A stretch of DNA of 63,275 nt, filler included, from Bigelowiella natans CCMP2755 (GCA_000320545.1; 5 parts of 5 records of this genome joined end to end with filler, not necessarily neighbours in it), one strand, 5' to 3'. Positions 1 through 13,560 are shown, numbered from the whole stretch's first letter. A program made the numbers and translations. Notes: a model not told the origin generated them from the sequence alone.

Positions 1-169
1 CCGCGAAAGAGAAATTCCAACTCTCCCCCTTACTGAGAAGAAGGGAGGGTGAGCCGCAGGCTTGAAGTAACAGATTCAGACACACCGATCCTTGCACCAA
101 GATAGCCCCCTCTCGCTAAGAAGAGGGGGGGAGGGGTGGGTCTTTATTTTGTGTTATATATACATATAC

Positions 170-238
<69 letters not shown>

Positions 239-329
239 TGCATTTCCTGATAGGAAAAGTACGAAGCGAAACGACACCTTTCTCTCCGCAAAACGCACAC
301 GACTCTATTATCGGCGCGTTCTCTACCCT

Positions 330-1462
330 CCCCGCAAATCCAAAGTCCCTTGAAAGCACGTCCACGCATCGTCCTCCCTCCTCCCCCCCCTCCCCGTCCT
401 CCTCTTCAAGGCCTCGAAACTTTGAATGCAATCCCAGAACAGCGGAGGGTCTCTTCTCTTGGTGCTTCCTCTCTATGTATTCGGATTACATCAAAGATAA
501 TGCTGATAGAGCTGTTTTCAGAAGAATCAATATTAGCAGTAGAGATGTTGTTGTTATTATCAAAATAGCAATATCAGCAGCCTCAGTAGCAGCAGCAGCA
601 GTAGGAGCAATAGTAGCGATATACACTCCGGAAATGTCATCACCATCGTCGTCGTCATCATCATCATCATCATCATAACCACAAATAATTATCACCACCT
701 ACCGGTGTAGGGTTCAGAAACAAGGTAGAGGGGATGCGGCGGGGGGGGGTACTTCTTGCTGCTGCTGCTGCTGCTGCTGGTGGTGATCTTCTTTTCCTTT
801 CTCTGTTTCCTTTCTTTCTCTTCCCCCCCCTCCCTCTTTTGCATCCTTCGTTTATCGTCTATCGTATCGTCCCTGCGCCGCTTTGCACTGTCGGTGTTCC
901 GAGCGATCTCGCCCCTGCCCGCAGTCTGCTTTCGGCGTTTCTTGTGGAGGTTTGGGCCCCGCCCTCTCGCTGACTGTGCTGCGCTGCGCTCTTGCCGGGC
1001 TGCTTCGATCCTCATCCGTATTATCCGCTGTTGGTGGTGGGAATGGCAGGTGGGAACGTGAGGATTCTTCAAGGATGTGGACGGTAGCGTTGTTATATAT
1101 ATGCGAACTGTAGCAGCTGCGTGCTTGTCCTGGCCCTTACTTTGTTATCAGGGCATGTTCCTATCGTGTCTTCTGCTCAATCGCTCTCGCCACCCCCCCC
1201 CACCACCCCCCATTCATCATAGGACATGGCAAAATTAGGCGATAGCGCTACGCATTGTGTATCGATAGATCTTGCCTCAGAGACTGCCCTCTTGTGTGCC
1301 TCGATGGTGTCCAGCCAGGAATGACTGGGAGAGGGGGGAGAGGCGCCGAGGCTTTCGAGAGTTGATATCAGCGTTGACTCCGGCTCATGTTCAACTAGCC
1401 ATTCAGCCAATGTCTGCCCCATGTCATGGCTCTATGTAGAGAGAGAGAGAGCGGGTTAGGGG

Positions 1463-1497
<35 letters not shown>

Positions 1498-2790
1498 GAT
1501 GCAACATCATTCGTACGTGCTTGTCAATCAATCAATCATAGTGCCTATTTTTGGTAGCCGTTTCACTTTTTGACTATCTACGAATAGGATGCACACTCCT
1601 GTGACATCATCGTTATCATCATCATCATCATCATCATCATCACCATTCCCTTTTTCTTTTTGAACCCTCAGCAAATATTTACCTGCTGCAATACCAATGT
1701 GCCCTTCTCTTCCCCAGCAGCCGGCCTCGTGCTCCTTTTCACCCCCCCCCGTAAATCGAGTACGCGCTTTCTCCACTTTCGCTTCTCCTCTTCACTTCTC
1801 TCCTTGTCTACGCTTTGGCCGTTGGATTGGCCACTTTCATCGTTCTCGTCGTCGTGATCACCTCCCCTACAAGAAACGAGAGCTTTCAGCACGTCACTCT
1901 TGCGGCACCAGTGGATTGGCCTCCAATGTTGGACATCTTCCTCGAAGTTAAGGTCGGGGTGCTCTCTGGAAATGCACTCTGTAATAGTTGCCGAGCTACT
2001 CATTACAGCCCAGTGTAACGCATTCTGGTTGTGTCTGTTCCGCAGGGCGCTTAAAGACCAAGATAGGTAATCGTTTGCCAGAGGCCAGAGGAGGCAAAGT
2101 CAGCACCAATTGCAAGTGGATGCACAGTTATAATGGTAGTAATTACACGACGGCGATAAAACGACACAAATACATGATTGTGTGGAAGAAAGAAATACAA
2201 GAACAACCTGAGATCAGCCCCGCTTTCTACCAGCAATAGAAATGCTCCTAGAGCTTGCTTTTCGATGGCCAAGAAGAGGACAGGATTCTTGTTGCGGCAG
2301 CCCTCCGTTTGTGAGTTTGCTAGACGTCTCGCTTCCTCAGGTCCCACAGAATGCAGCAAGGACCTTATCACATGGAGATAGGGAAGATTTGTAGTGTGAT
2401 CATCGTGGGATACTGCAGAATCTTCAGGCTGTTGTCGGTCTTTCGCCGTGAAGCTATCACCCCGGTGGTCACTCCGATCTTCCTCCCAGCGCTCTACCCA
2501 GCTGAGATGGTCCTCCATTTTATCATGGTGAGGCCGGCGTAAGGATCTGAGGGCCGAGATCAGGTTGCTCGCCTGGCACACCTGTTCAACGTGGGAGCAA
2601 TCGCAGGGGGGAGGGGGTGATTATTCGATACGAATATATTGTGGGACGTTGGTTTAGCAATCCGCGGCCGGTTCATGAGGGTTATGATCGTATCACCCCG
2701 TTACAGCTCGAGAAATATTCTCTGATTTTGCCGTCCGTGGGATTCTTCAGAACCTCGGAAAACGATTTCGCCTGCATGTAGATAATGAGC
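330..2790 (-). CDS. Ankyrin-repeat protein, multi-exon; boundaries uncertain and may continue beyond the left edge
   Basis: Spliced exons read KNPVLFLAIEKQALGAFLLLVESGADL|SALRNRHNQNALHWAVMSSS...WRPIHWC, which are ankyrin-like repeats joined by a GT-AG intron at about 2208-2051. A further exon lies at about 1177-1435. Confidence 0.55.
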
Positions 2791-3348
2791 ATCAGCTAGG
2801 TTGTCAACTTGCGCTCGACCTACGACTTCGATTCCGACCACCACCCTCCACACCCCAGTTTGTAAGTCCCCATTGAATCTCTCCCAAAATGCAATTCAAC
2901 CATTAAATGGCTCGCGGTTCTGCTTGATCGCCGCCGCCGCTGCGTCGGCATCGTGATCTCGGGCGGGGGACCTGCTCACGAAAATGGCATCCTTGCGGGA
3001 TGGTCCTCGTTGCTATCCTGCGACAAAGAATGGTCGATGTCGCTCGTATCAAATACGGATATGATTTGTTTCTATCCTGCGACAACAAATATGCTCAGCC
3101 TTCCTCCTTCGGCAAGAGGAGAGCGAGAATGAATGAGATGGCTAACATCTCGTTCGTTCTATTAAGATGTTGCGTGGATAAATCATCGCAGCTTTCTGTG
3201 ATTATTATCTGGCTTGTTGCAAATGATAGTTTACTGATCTTTTTTCAGTGAGCTGATTTTATCCCGATTATATCTGAGATATTTTAGCGGTTCGAAACTC
3301 TCTCCGTTGATCAGACCGGTGCATATTCGCTACCCGCCTCCCCGGCGA

Positions 3349-4302
3349 ATGCTCCGCCCCAGACCGAATGACGCTGCTGAGGCGGGATCGGTCATCGAAA
3401 ATCTACCCTACTTTTGGTTCCATGTGAGCAATAAAGGAGTGGTGCCAACACACCCGGTGGCAAGGAGTAGCAAGGTAGTTTTCCTGCACGGTTTTATGCA
3501 GTCTCACACGGCTTGGTTGACCACAGCCGCACGTATTCGGGACAAGTATGGGCATGAATCTTTACTCTTAGACTTTTACGGGCATGGAAACTCTCCGTAC
3601 CCCTCTTCCTTTGACCAGCTCTCTGTCGGGCTATTTGTCCAGCAGCTGCGACGCACTCTGGAGAGGGTGGGCTGGCAAGACGAGAAGCTGGTTTTTGCTG
3701 CAATCTCTCTCGGGGCTGCAGTTGCTCTGCGGTATAATGAGCTGTATCCGAACTCTGCCGAACGTTTTCTGCTCTTCGCTCCTTCGACAAAGGCGGAGCC
3801 TTTTCCTCTTAATCTTGCTAATGTCGCGTCGGTGGTTGCAAAGGCCGGGGTAGGGCTAGGGAAGACAATGCGTCATCTTGGGCTTGGAATTACGACGAAA
3901 CTGCCCCCCATTTTCAAAAGCCTCGCATATCTAAACTTAATAAAAAACACTCCGACTTATGACACGCCCCAGGAGTTGAAACATGTACACGTGCCGTTCA
4001 CAGTCTTGCTTGGACAGCTTGATTGTATCCACACTGCACAGGCTGAGAAATGGCGGAAAGCAGGAATCCCATCGTTAAATCAGACCATTGTGATGCCGTA
4101 CGAATTTCATGTCACGATGTGTCACAATCCTGCAAGATTCAAGCTCGAAGACATCGTAAACGCGTGGCACTGTCGGCATCTTGAGAGGCGGCGAGACAAT
4201 AATGGACGTAAAAACTTGCGGCCCTCCAACGTGCCCACCTCACCACCAACACTAGATCAATATAAAACTAAAAATGTAAGTAGCATTAGATCAAGGCTTT
4301 GA
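3349..4302 (+). CDS. Alpha/beta hydrolase, intronless, with C-terminal PTS1 (SRL); probably peroxisomal
   Basis: Motifs VVFLHGFM, LLLDFYGHGNS, nucleophile elbow AISLGAAVA and VLLGQLD; the protein ends in SRL-stop. First ATG is at 3349. Confidence 0.85.
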   Translation: MLRPRPNDAAEAGSVIENLPYFWFHVSNKGVVPTHPVARSSKVVFLHGFMQSHTAWLTTAARIRDKYGHESLLLDFYGHGNSPYPSSFDQLSVGLFVQQLRRTLERVGWQDEKLVFAAISLGAAVALRYNELYPNSAERFLLFAPSTKAEPFPLNLANVASVVAKAGVGLGKTMRHLGLGITTKLPPIFKSLAYLNLIKNTPTYDTPQELKHVHVPFTVLLGQLDCIHTAQAEKWRKAGIPSLNQTIVMPYEFHVTMCHNPARFKLEDIVNAWHCRHLERRRDNNGRKNLRPSNVPTSPPTLDQYKTKNVSSIRSRL

Positions 4303-5029
4303 GTATACATTTGGACATTTGTTTATTGCGATTTAGAGACGTTGGTAGTCCTGAGTAGAGGATCATGTAGGTGATGAGCTAGGTTAGTGATTACAGCAGA
4401 TAATGTAGTCAGAGATTCGCATATAACTTATTTTATGAATATATTTATGTAATTGGATTAATTTTTATATATGATTAACTTGGTATAAGTGAAATAAGAG
4501 ACTTTATGATGGTAGATAGATTTAACTAGTTAACAAAGACAGAGACCAGATTTAACAAATAAGACAGCAATGCTTCCAAAGATATGATCTCATGCCCGCG
4601 ATTTCCTATATCGCTGTGCTTCTCTACATCATGCTAGCGTGATGCAAGTGTCGCACCGTTTAAAGGTTGACAGTCGCTTTCATTGATCATTTGCAAGCAT
4701 GCTAGCATGGCGTCGAGTGAATCGCACATAAACACTTAATTCCTAGCTAGCTAGCTTCAACACACGGGCACATATACATAGATAGCTACATGCACATGTA
4801 GAGCTGACTCGTAAATCTCAAACATCAACAATAATCTTGTTGCGGCAATGCTAGCATTAATTTCTAAAAGTGCGACGGCTGTGGGTGACTACATATTTTG
4901 AGGAAGCTCTCCTGTGCAACGCTGACAACTTAGCTGTTCACAATTCTACACGCGTGAACAAGCAGGTCTTCTCTAAGCTTAAATAACTCTAATGACGCAA
5001 CGTTTGGGTATTTAGTTAAACTTAACCAG

Positions 5030-6927
5030 TTAATTACGAGCTTTTGCTGCTGGACTGACACATCGCCCTGCGGGTGTACTCATAACATCCTTTCCACCAC
5101 TTGAAGGATGGAAAACCACCCCGAAATGGACATCCTTTGATCGAAAGTAACTGTAACTATTATCAAATGTGATCAATAAGTGTCCCGTAGATTTAGCTTC
5201 GAATGTTCCTTCATTTTGTGAGATTTTCTTAGAGTCTACTATTTTCTCCTTTGTGCCATTTTTCTCATCAATCCATTCAATTTTCAATGAAATGTCGTAT
5301 GACTCTAGTTTCATTAGCCAGACATACTTGCCACCTTTTGGATCATCACATTTACTCTTAAAAGAGTACAAATCTCGTGCTGCCACATTTTGAATGGAAA
5401 GCCCGTCGTCATTATCATTGTCATTGCTATCTGAATTAACTTCTGCAACTGGAAGTTCTATTTGATTTTCCCCTCCCCATGCAGCTGGTAGAACCTTCGC
5501 ATCCATGACTTCGTGTGCCAAATCTGGAGTGCCAGATGATGCTTGAATCTTTTCTTTTGTTCTGTAGTGTTGCAGCAAACTTGTAAGTATGATCGCACGT
5601 TTCTTGAATCAGTCAATTAATAATCATAACGTGACCGTGGATCGATAAAAGGTGCAAGCATTTTGAAGAGCAGAGGAACAACCCAGGGTGTATTTAAAAG
5701 GAATATATACGAAACAGTTTCAGGATAATTTTGCTTATCAATTTGCGATGTCATTTTCATGTACCTAAGTAGAAAATACAATGATGAAATTAAGGTTTAT
5801 GTATTACATAATGATCCTCACGGCATAATGTGCCGAAATGAAAAGCCCATCCCCTCAAGGTCAACTAAGACTATAGCTTGATAAATGGGTTTTTTGAGGG
5901 CAATAGCTCTTTTCCTCAATAATTCCTAAACAAAATGATAAAATGATGGTTATCTTGAATTCATTCTATGTTGATCGGAGTTATTTACAATAGTCTTTTC
6001 AACTCTCCACTTGTGATGCATACGCCATTCCTCTTTAGAAAAGGATTTGATAAACTGCAATTTAGGGAAATCAATTTTAGAACTCGGCCAAAGATGAATT
6101 ATATGATACCTCTTTAACTGCAATCTTTCCCATACGGGCTATGACCACTGGTCTCCCCTCTTTGTCGTCTCCGCATAGGCATGATGGATATAGCTTCTCT
6201 GCGAGTTTGATCTCATCTGCAATTGAGGAAGACTGGAAATATATCTTCTCCCAACATTATTGTAATGGCAACCTTGATTTTTTTCTTCCCACTCTATTAG
6301 CTTATCGATTTTTTCATCCTCTCTCCATTTTGCCATAGCCTGTTCAAAAACTGTTAGGATGGTGGAAAAAACCGTTCCAATTTTGTACAGCACTCTGTAT
6401 TGATTTAGGGCATCCTCAATAATCCATTGCTTTCCTGAAAGAAATCTAAAAACTAGAAGAGAAGTAAACTCAGTGCATACTCAATAAAATTCACTGAATT
6501 GGAAGTTGACATACGCGTAATGTCGTCTTGAATTCCTGAGTATTGTGGGACACCGGACTTGGGTATTCCCTGTGTAGGCAAATTTGCATCGAATTTTCTT
6601 GGAAGATTCTTCTAGCTAAATAAATTACTAGCTTTTCTTTGAATGTGTCGAAGAGTTTCTTCTGATCTGGCGAAAGTTTGAGCATGTGAAGCCTATAATC
6701 ACATTTGAACACATTGACTGTTCAAAATGTGTAGCATGCAGAACAAAGCACAAAGCGCATTTTGGCGCTCATCATTCGGCGTACATCGATCCCACATCCT
6801 TGCACTCCTCAGGACTTAGCCGGGAGTGCCACAGCTTCTTGAAGAAGAGTTTGACCTCCTTTGGATCGCCACTTCCATCCGTTGGTGGTGACGATGCAGT
6901 CAAAGATTTCAGTGTGGTGCCTTCCAT
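5030..6927 (-). CDS. SEC14-like CRAL-TRIO plus GOLD domain lipid-binding protein with short AT-rich introns
   Basis: Exons encode VLRFLSGKQW, GDDKEGRPVVIARMG, IVLVDLEGMG, NYPETVSYIFLLNTPWV, RTKEKI, LPAAWGG and the GOLD motif LLITFDNSYSYFRSKDVHF. Confidence 0.9.
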
Positions 6928-7613
6928 TGTTCTGAATGTGGTTCAGCAAACAATCTTTCCGAAACACTCAAAGTCTTTGTCGCAACCAAAAAATTGAGAG
7001 CTTTTCAGTTGTGACCGCTCTGCAGACCAGAACAATGAAGGCAAATCAAACAAAGCGACAGCTCACTGAGCATGTTCTCCAATCCAATTTGCATCGATTT
7101 TTGTGAATCAATCAACTCAACAACCAAAATGATGGATGCTGCTTCACTTCATGATCACCTCGCTGCGCATTGCAAACTGTCGTTTTGGTTCGTCTGAATC
7201 CGACAATCCACGGCGCTGAGCAGCGCTTTTTGCCGTGTTGCCTTCAATGAATGACTGAAATGAGTGACATTCGTGAGTGTGACGTGAATGACAATGCTGT
7301 GTGTGCTGTGCAACAAGACAAACCAAGACAGACGAACACAGTGGAGGCAACTTCTGAACTTGTTCTCAGAGTGCCAGATGAGTGTGCTGCACAGGGCTGG
7401 CTTCAATTCATTGCTGTTTGCGACTGTTTTCACGTGCAGCAACAGAGTGTGCAATGCTGACACATTTGCCAGTGGTGTTGAAATGTTTTTTTGGTCATTT
7501 GATTTTCAAAATCGTCGAAGAACTTGAAAAAACGATGCTCATGATGAGAGCAACCTCAACTCAATCTGTTTTTTGTTTTGAAGATGAATTGTGCTGCTGC
7601 ATCTGCGGATGTC
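6819..7613. other. TpA-free tract, 795 bp
   Basis: Read line by line, there is no TA dinucleotide between the TA at 6817-18 and the TA at 7614-15. The ORF-track peptides lying within it contain no Tyr. Confidence 0.9.
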
Positions 7614-7880
7614 TAATGCGTTGAGTGTGGCGCACGGGATCACCATGCAACACATGCACTCCACTGTGCTAGTATGCACAAAAGTGATGGGCACAAATCA
7701 TGTGCAAATGGTTCTCATTTTTTGTGGCCTCCATCTGCATCAGATGTAGCCAAATAACACATCACAGGAACATCATAGTGACTATGAACTTAATAAGTGG
7801 CATCCCTTTTATGTATAGAAATGTAAAGGTCACAAGTAAACACAGTACAAGGAAGTTATACTTCTCGCTCTGTAGATGCT

Positions 7881-9264
7881 CTAAAATACTTTTGGGTCCT
7901 CAATAAACCTAAATCGACTGCCGGGTGTATCCAGAAAGCACTGTGGATACTCCTTTCTAAGCAAAGTAAGGTCGTCATTATGTTCCTTGAAGAAGTCCAC
8001 TACCCTTTGCGAAACTACTGGTTGCTTATATTGACCGCTGTTCGCATTGAATGTCTGGCTAAAGTCTCGATGAGGTAACCCAAGGTGCTTCGCAACGGCG
8101 CCCATCGTCACTCCAGGCTCGAAGAGGAGCTGTTGAAAGCTCACAATAAGGAATTGTTCCGGCTTAAAATGTTGCAACCAGTGGCGCAACTGCAAGGAGT
8201 AAAGCCCTCCTTCAAGTGCCTTACATGTTGTTTCTGGGAGAACCTTGGAGGAGAGGGACGCTGAGGATTCAGCGGCTACTTTCTTGGTTGAAAAGCTTTT
8301 AATACCTTCATCTACAATTGCTTCCCAAGTTTTGTTCTCAAAATTTGCCCAGTGGGAGCGTACACCATGTTCGTATTCAGACATTGCACGGAAGATGGGA
8401 TTGCGTAGAACAGCAACAAACTTAATCGCCGAGGAGTTGATCCCCAATTCAACCTCGTAGAATGTTTTTAGGAGTTTTGGCGTGCTTGTGTCACAAAGAT
8501 AGTTAGGGGTCCCATCCATTAATAGAGAGTCAGTTGGGCAAACATCAAAGTGTGCGGAATAATGTGCAATCCCGTCCCTCAATTTTTCTGGTGTCGCGTG
8601 GTCAAAAAAGTGCTTTTCCTGTTAATAATAATAGGTCATAGATAAATGCATTATTGATTATACTAAAGTCATAGTATATATCAGCGCAGGATCTCAATTG
8701 ATGCACTCTTTCTGAAATAGAAGTTTCACTCAGATTTGTAACACTTTTTGTTCATAACTTTCAATTTTTCACCGACTCACTTGCTCTGTGTAGAAATTTG
8801 TTTAAATCGGCTAACTCAAATATTTTCTAGCTCAGTGAGAAATATATGGAAAAATGCAATCTTCATAAATTTATACAGATAGTTTACTTCAGCCGATCAC
8901 TTCATAGATTGTCAAATGTTTTTACAGCATGTAAGGGGCACCTTTCTGTAGAAACCCGGTTCACCCGCTAAGGATTTTCCCGGACACATATCCGACTTTG
9001 GCCATTCCTCTAAGTTCTTGAATAAGGAAGTGCTGCCACACTTTTGACCGCCAAGTAGAAACGCCTGCGGAACTCGAGGCTTTTCAGCCTAATTAAAAAA
9101 GCGTAGCGGAAAGTCAGACTTTTCATTTGGAGTTACATCGAGAACACCCCACCCCAACCTCTGTAAGACAAACGTACAAGAAGTCCGGAAGAGCGAGAGG
9201 TTGACTTCCAAACGGCAGTTGCTAGCGAGGGGAGCAACAGAGCGTACAGGAGCGTGGGAGTCAT
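7881..9264 (-). CDS. Secreted or lumenal sulfotransferase (heparan-sulfate 3-O-/N-sulfotransferase-like), 3 exons
   Basis: Signal peptide MTPTLLYALLLPSLATA; 5'-PSB motif FLLGGQKCGSTSL; KEKHFFD; DGTPNY; 3'-PB motif VLRNPIFRAMSEY; GLYSLQLRHWLQHF. Introns at about 9177-9090 and 8941-8620. Confidence 0.9.
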
Positions 9265-10773
9265 AGTCGCCAGCGTATTATTAAGACTTGGAATCTGGAA
9301 CGATAATTAATCATTGACCGTTCATCTGCCAAACATCGACGACAGCGAGTTGCTTCAATCAATAAATGTCCTGCAAACGTTCTCCTTCCAGCATACAGTT
9401 GGGGTTTATTCGAACACGGAGTAGCAACCTCAGTATTCCAGGGCAGTCTGCAGCCTTTTTCCCATTAAAAAGTCCTATGTTTGTATTGGAAGGCAGCCGC
9501 TCTTCGATGTCGCAAGCGAGCATGGCCGAAGACGTCTCGCCTTTATTTTTTCCGACGGCCGTTCGCACCACCGAAAAGAATAACTCTTTTCGGAATTTAT
9601 TTATTCGGCTATTTCGATTTGAAAATTGAAAATTCTGAAGGAGAGGAGGTGGAACTGCCTGGATTCTGGGGATTTTCTCATTGAGATTGTGAAAGTTCTT
9701 CCTCTTGTATGCTTTAGTTTAAAATATAGTACAATCTGTTCTAATACAAACAAATATACATTTTTTAGATATAAATTAGGCTTATACCGAGACGACTTAC
9801 TACATATTTGGGTCTTTACTAATTATTAAGATGTATTGTGCTGATTTCTATTTTGTTCACCCTGTAGATATTGACTTAAATTTTAATTATTTTAAAAAAG
9901 TACATCATTATTACCACTCTCAATGTATATTTACATTTTGATGAAACACTTTAAAATCTGAAATTTTGGAAGAAAGGGAGAGGGCTTCTCAGAATTGTAC
10001 ATCTCAATCTAGACTGAAAGTTCCGCGCTTATTTTGAAAATTGGCAAAATATCATGATGAGTGAGATGTAATTAGAGGGTTGTTTTGCCTTGTGATAATT
10101 TTCATGAAATTATTTAATTCTGAATCAAGCTGACGCACGACTAGGCTTCCATTGCCAACTACAGGTTCTGTGTGACTACTTAACCTACCCTCTTCTAAAC
10201 TCCTCTTTACTTCACGTTTAAAAAGATGAAGGTTAGGAAATATGATCATCTTTCTATGGCTTGATTCTAACCAATTGTCGGCGAAAACCGCGTTGCTGAT
10301 TTTCATTTAAGTGGAATTTCTAAATTTTGCAGGAGAGGCAAGCCGTCGGGAACGTTATCTTCAGCTCCAAACTTGTAGAAGGCGACCTCAGTATGTCATC
10401 CTTCCTCGAGGAGAAGGCTGCGAAGATACTCCGTAAATTTGATCCGCAAAGGTAGCAGTTTCTTTCGTGAGAGGGAAAATCGATACCCTTCAATTCACTC
10501 GATGGGCAGAGAACAGGATACATTTGAATCCTAATTATAGATTTTGAATGATTACTTATATATCTACATACGAAGAAAACACTCGCAAGATGTATTAAAA
10601 ATTTGCTAATCTTGAATATATGATGTATGGTATATTAGTTAAATAATGCGCTGTGATTAGAACATACGTTCAACCGTAAAATACTTTAATTAACTATATA
10701 TCGTTGTAATCGAACTAGAGTAAATAAAAGTCTCGAAACCTTTCCCATACGTACTTGATAAAAAAATATACAG

Positions 10774-12138
10774 GTTGAGGCAAAGATCTGACCATGGAGC
10801 TGACTTATTCCTGAACCCCCCTCTCCATTTATCTACGGGAGTACTAAGGGCCCTCCTTACCAACCACGGCCCACTTTCCCCTCCACCAGCTCCCACCCTA
10901 CGCAACTCCAAGAAAGAAGCCACTGCGGCGCCAGCATCAGCAGCACCATCGTTAGGAAAGCTATCGGTTGATGAGAATGCTTTAATACAAAAATTGGAGA
11001 CGACGACGGCAACTGCGAAATCGTCGTCAGCGTTGCAACAGCCTCAAGCAGTCCCCTTTGCTGTGCCAGTTGTTCCTTCTCTGGTGAATGTGCGTCGCCC
11101 TGCTGCAGCTGTTACTGCTGCTGCTTTTACGACTACCCCCACTGCCCAAAACCTCAAACCAAATGCAGCAAGAGAGTCGGATGATAAAGAGGCTAAGGGC
11201 AAGCTCGGAAAAGAGCAGAAGCGGGAAACCAAGGTTAGAGAGTGTACTAATAGTGTCGCTTAGGCTACTGCCGTCAACCACCACTTTTACCACTACTTAC
11301 ATAGCTGGTACATCAATAATTCCTGAGACACACGATGACCGAAATACATGCTGCCTGCATGTCGCAGGAGTAGATTGAAGTATATAGTATCCTAGAAAAG
11401 TAGCGTTTGGATCGTTATGGCAGTGTATGCTTGATAATTAGCTCCGCAAAGATTTAACGATTGCAAGATATCATCGTTTTATTTTCGTAGAAGCTCCCGA
11501 AGATTTGTATTCAGAGTTCCTCTCGAACAAACATCATCGTTTTTATCCCGTTCAAACATTTATATTCTCCATATACATTATCAGCACGACCTCGACAATG
11601 ACAGGCCAACTTCTTCGAATGATGCTCAAAGCACGGAGTTTCGCCCCCCTGCCCCTCATCCTACAACGTTGCCCTCCCCAGCAGAGGCTCTGGCCAGGCG
11701 CACTTGTCCTAAACCTGCGAAATCCCAGGTGGGATCCCGCAAACGACACGCCGTAGAGTTGTTTCCTACTCCGTCCTCGATAGCAACCAGCGGTACAACT
11801 TCAGCGAATCCGAAGGAAGAGCTTTTGGCCGCGACAGCTTCTTCTTCCTCCTCCTCGTCCTCTGCACCATCGTCGCTACGGTCGTCGCTTTCGTCAAAGC
11901 GAACTGCCTTTCGATGCCAGCACTGTCTCACCTTCTTCGACTCGGCCAAAACCCTTCTCACACACGTAAACATGAAACGTAGATAGTAAAAGTAGCCAGC
12001 TTCTCTGATGCAGAAGAGGAAAAAAATTGTTAGGAATGGGGAACGAGACTGAGAGGGAAAGGGAAGGAAAGAAACCTAAACTATCATAATTGGCTTTCGG
12101 GATTTCCTGAATCTGTTTGATCTATGTAGAACGGGCGT

Positions 12139-12183
<45 letters not shown>

Positions 12184-12943
12184 AGTATGAGTCTCGTCTT
12201 CTCATAACCTCGTTTTTTTGTATTGATTTTAGACGTGCACATTCGCAAAGACAACATCATCATCTGGTGCTTGTAAAGACGTGGCCGATTCGCCATCGTC
12301 GTCTTCGAATTCGTCTACCATTGGTCAAGACTCGGTGACGCCGTCGTTTTCGTCGATGCCATCGACATCTCTAGCTTCTGCCACAAGCTCCTCCACCACC
12401 CCCACTCACGCAGCTTCCACCGCCAAGGACACACTATCGCGTCACCCGCCGCAGCACCAACAGCAACACTTCTCCTCCTCCATTGTGGCATCATCGTATC
12501 CGTCTCCGGTCCGAGAGCAATTCGCATTGCCCCGGAAAAAACTGGAAGCCGCAGGAATCATCGCCCAGATCAGAGCAAGAGCCATGACCAAAGGTGAGTG
12601 AGTGAGCGAGCGCTCTAACAATGATGAGGAGGATGAGAATGGTGATAATGACGATGGTTGAGGAGGGGGGTTGTGAAATTGAAACATAAGTGAGTGAGGG
12701 CTGCTGGCTCGGCTCATTTTTTTTCTAAGAGAACATGCAGCAGGCCATCATTCTTTGCACATTCCCATTGTTGGAGGACGTGTGGGTTGATTTCTCTCTT
12801 GAACGTGATGTGTAAAGGTGGAGCGAGCTTCAAGAAAGGATGCGGTATGGTTCTCGATTTTAATTCGAGTCCCGTTCTTTCACGTTACAAAAGGGAAAAC
12901 GGCAACGAGTAGGAAGCTGCAAGTGCCCCAGATAGATAGATAG
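10774..12943 (+). CDS. Low-complexity protein with a C2HC-type zinc finger; 5' exons (possibly 9.4-10.5 kb) unresolved
   Basis: FRCQHCLTFFDSAKTLLTH|TC is joined by a CAC|GTAAAC...TTTAG intron. Ser/Thr/Ala-rich exons at 10775-11231, about 11590-11965 and 12233-12593. Confidence 0.55.
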
Positions 12944-13138
12944 ATCGATAGATAGACTGGTTGAATTGCAATTGAGCAATTAAGGGAACGGAAGGAGCGT
13001 TAATTTTGGATTTATGATTATTCATAATCGGAATAAAAAGACGAGAAAATATAAAGAATGGAAGATGAGAAATCAAACACTCCGACAGAATTTAGATTAG
13101 TTAGCATAGCATTGAATGAACACACATACACACACATA

Positions 13139-13181
<43 letters not shown>

Positions 13182-13560
13182 TATGTGCTTGTGGTTGTAT
13201 GTCCCGTACATTAGTATCAAAGAGCCAAAATAGTTACACATGTCCGTAGTAGCCTTACTAGCTTGTATGTGCATGTAAAGCATACGTGTGCAGAGTATTG
13301 CGTCATGCAATGTCTCATGTACGATGCATTTAGCTGATGAATCCATGCATTGTGCTATATATCATCTATGATGAGTCCACGACACGGCATCACAATTTGA
13401 GCACCCTAGCACCGCGTGCGTGCACATCGAACAACGAGCATTTGTTGAGCATGGTACGTAGCATGGTGTAGTGTAGCAGTCTAGCTAGCTAGACAGTCAT
13501 AGCTCCGTCAAACCTGCTAGCCTGTAACGAATCGCCAGAACATGCATTTGGAAGCTTCAT

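Noticed and set aside
7144-7624. Overlapping Cys/His-rich ORFs (also at 13819-14698) resembling metal-binding peptides
   Set aside because: A by-product of TpA loss: TAA/TAG stops and Tyr codons are missing while TGY and CAY codons are in excess.
10052-10523. Minus-strand ORFs of 84 and 67 aa
   Set aside because: No recognisable motifs; probably antisense to unresolved 5' exons of the zinc-finger gene.
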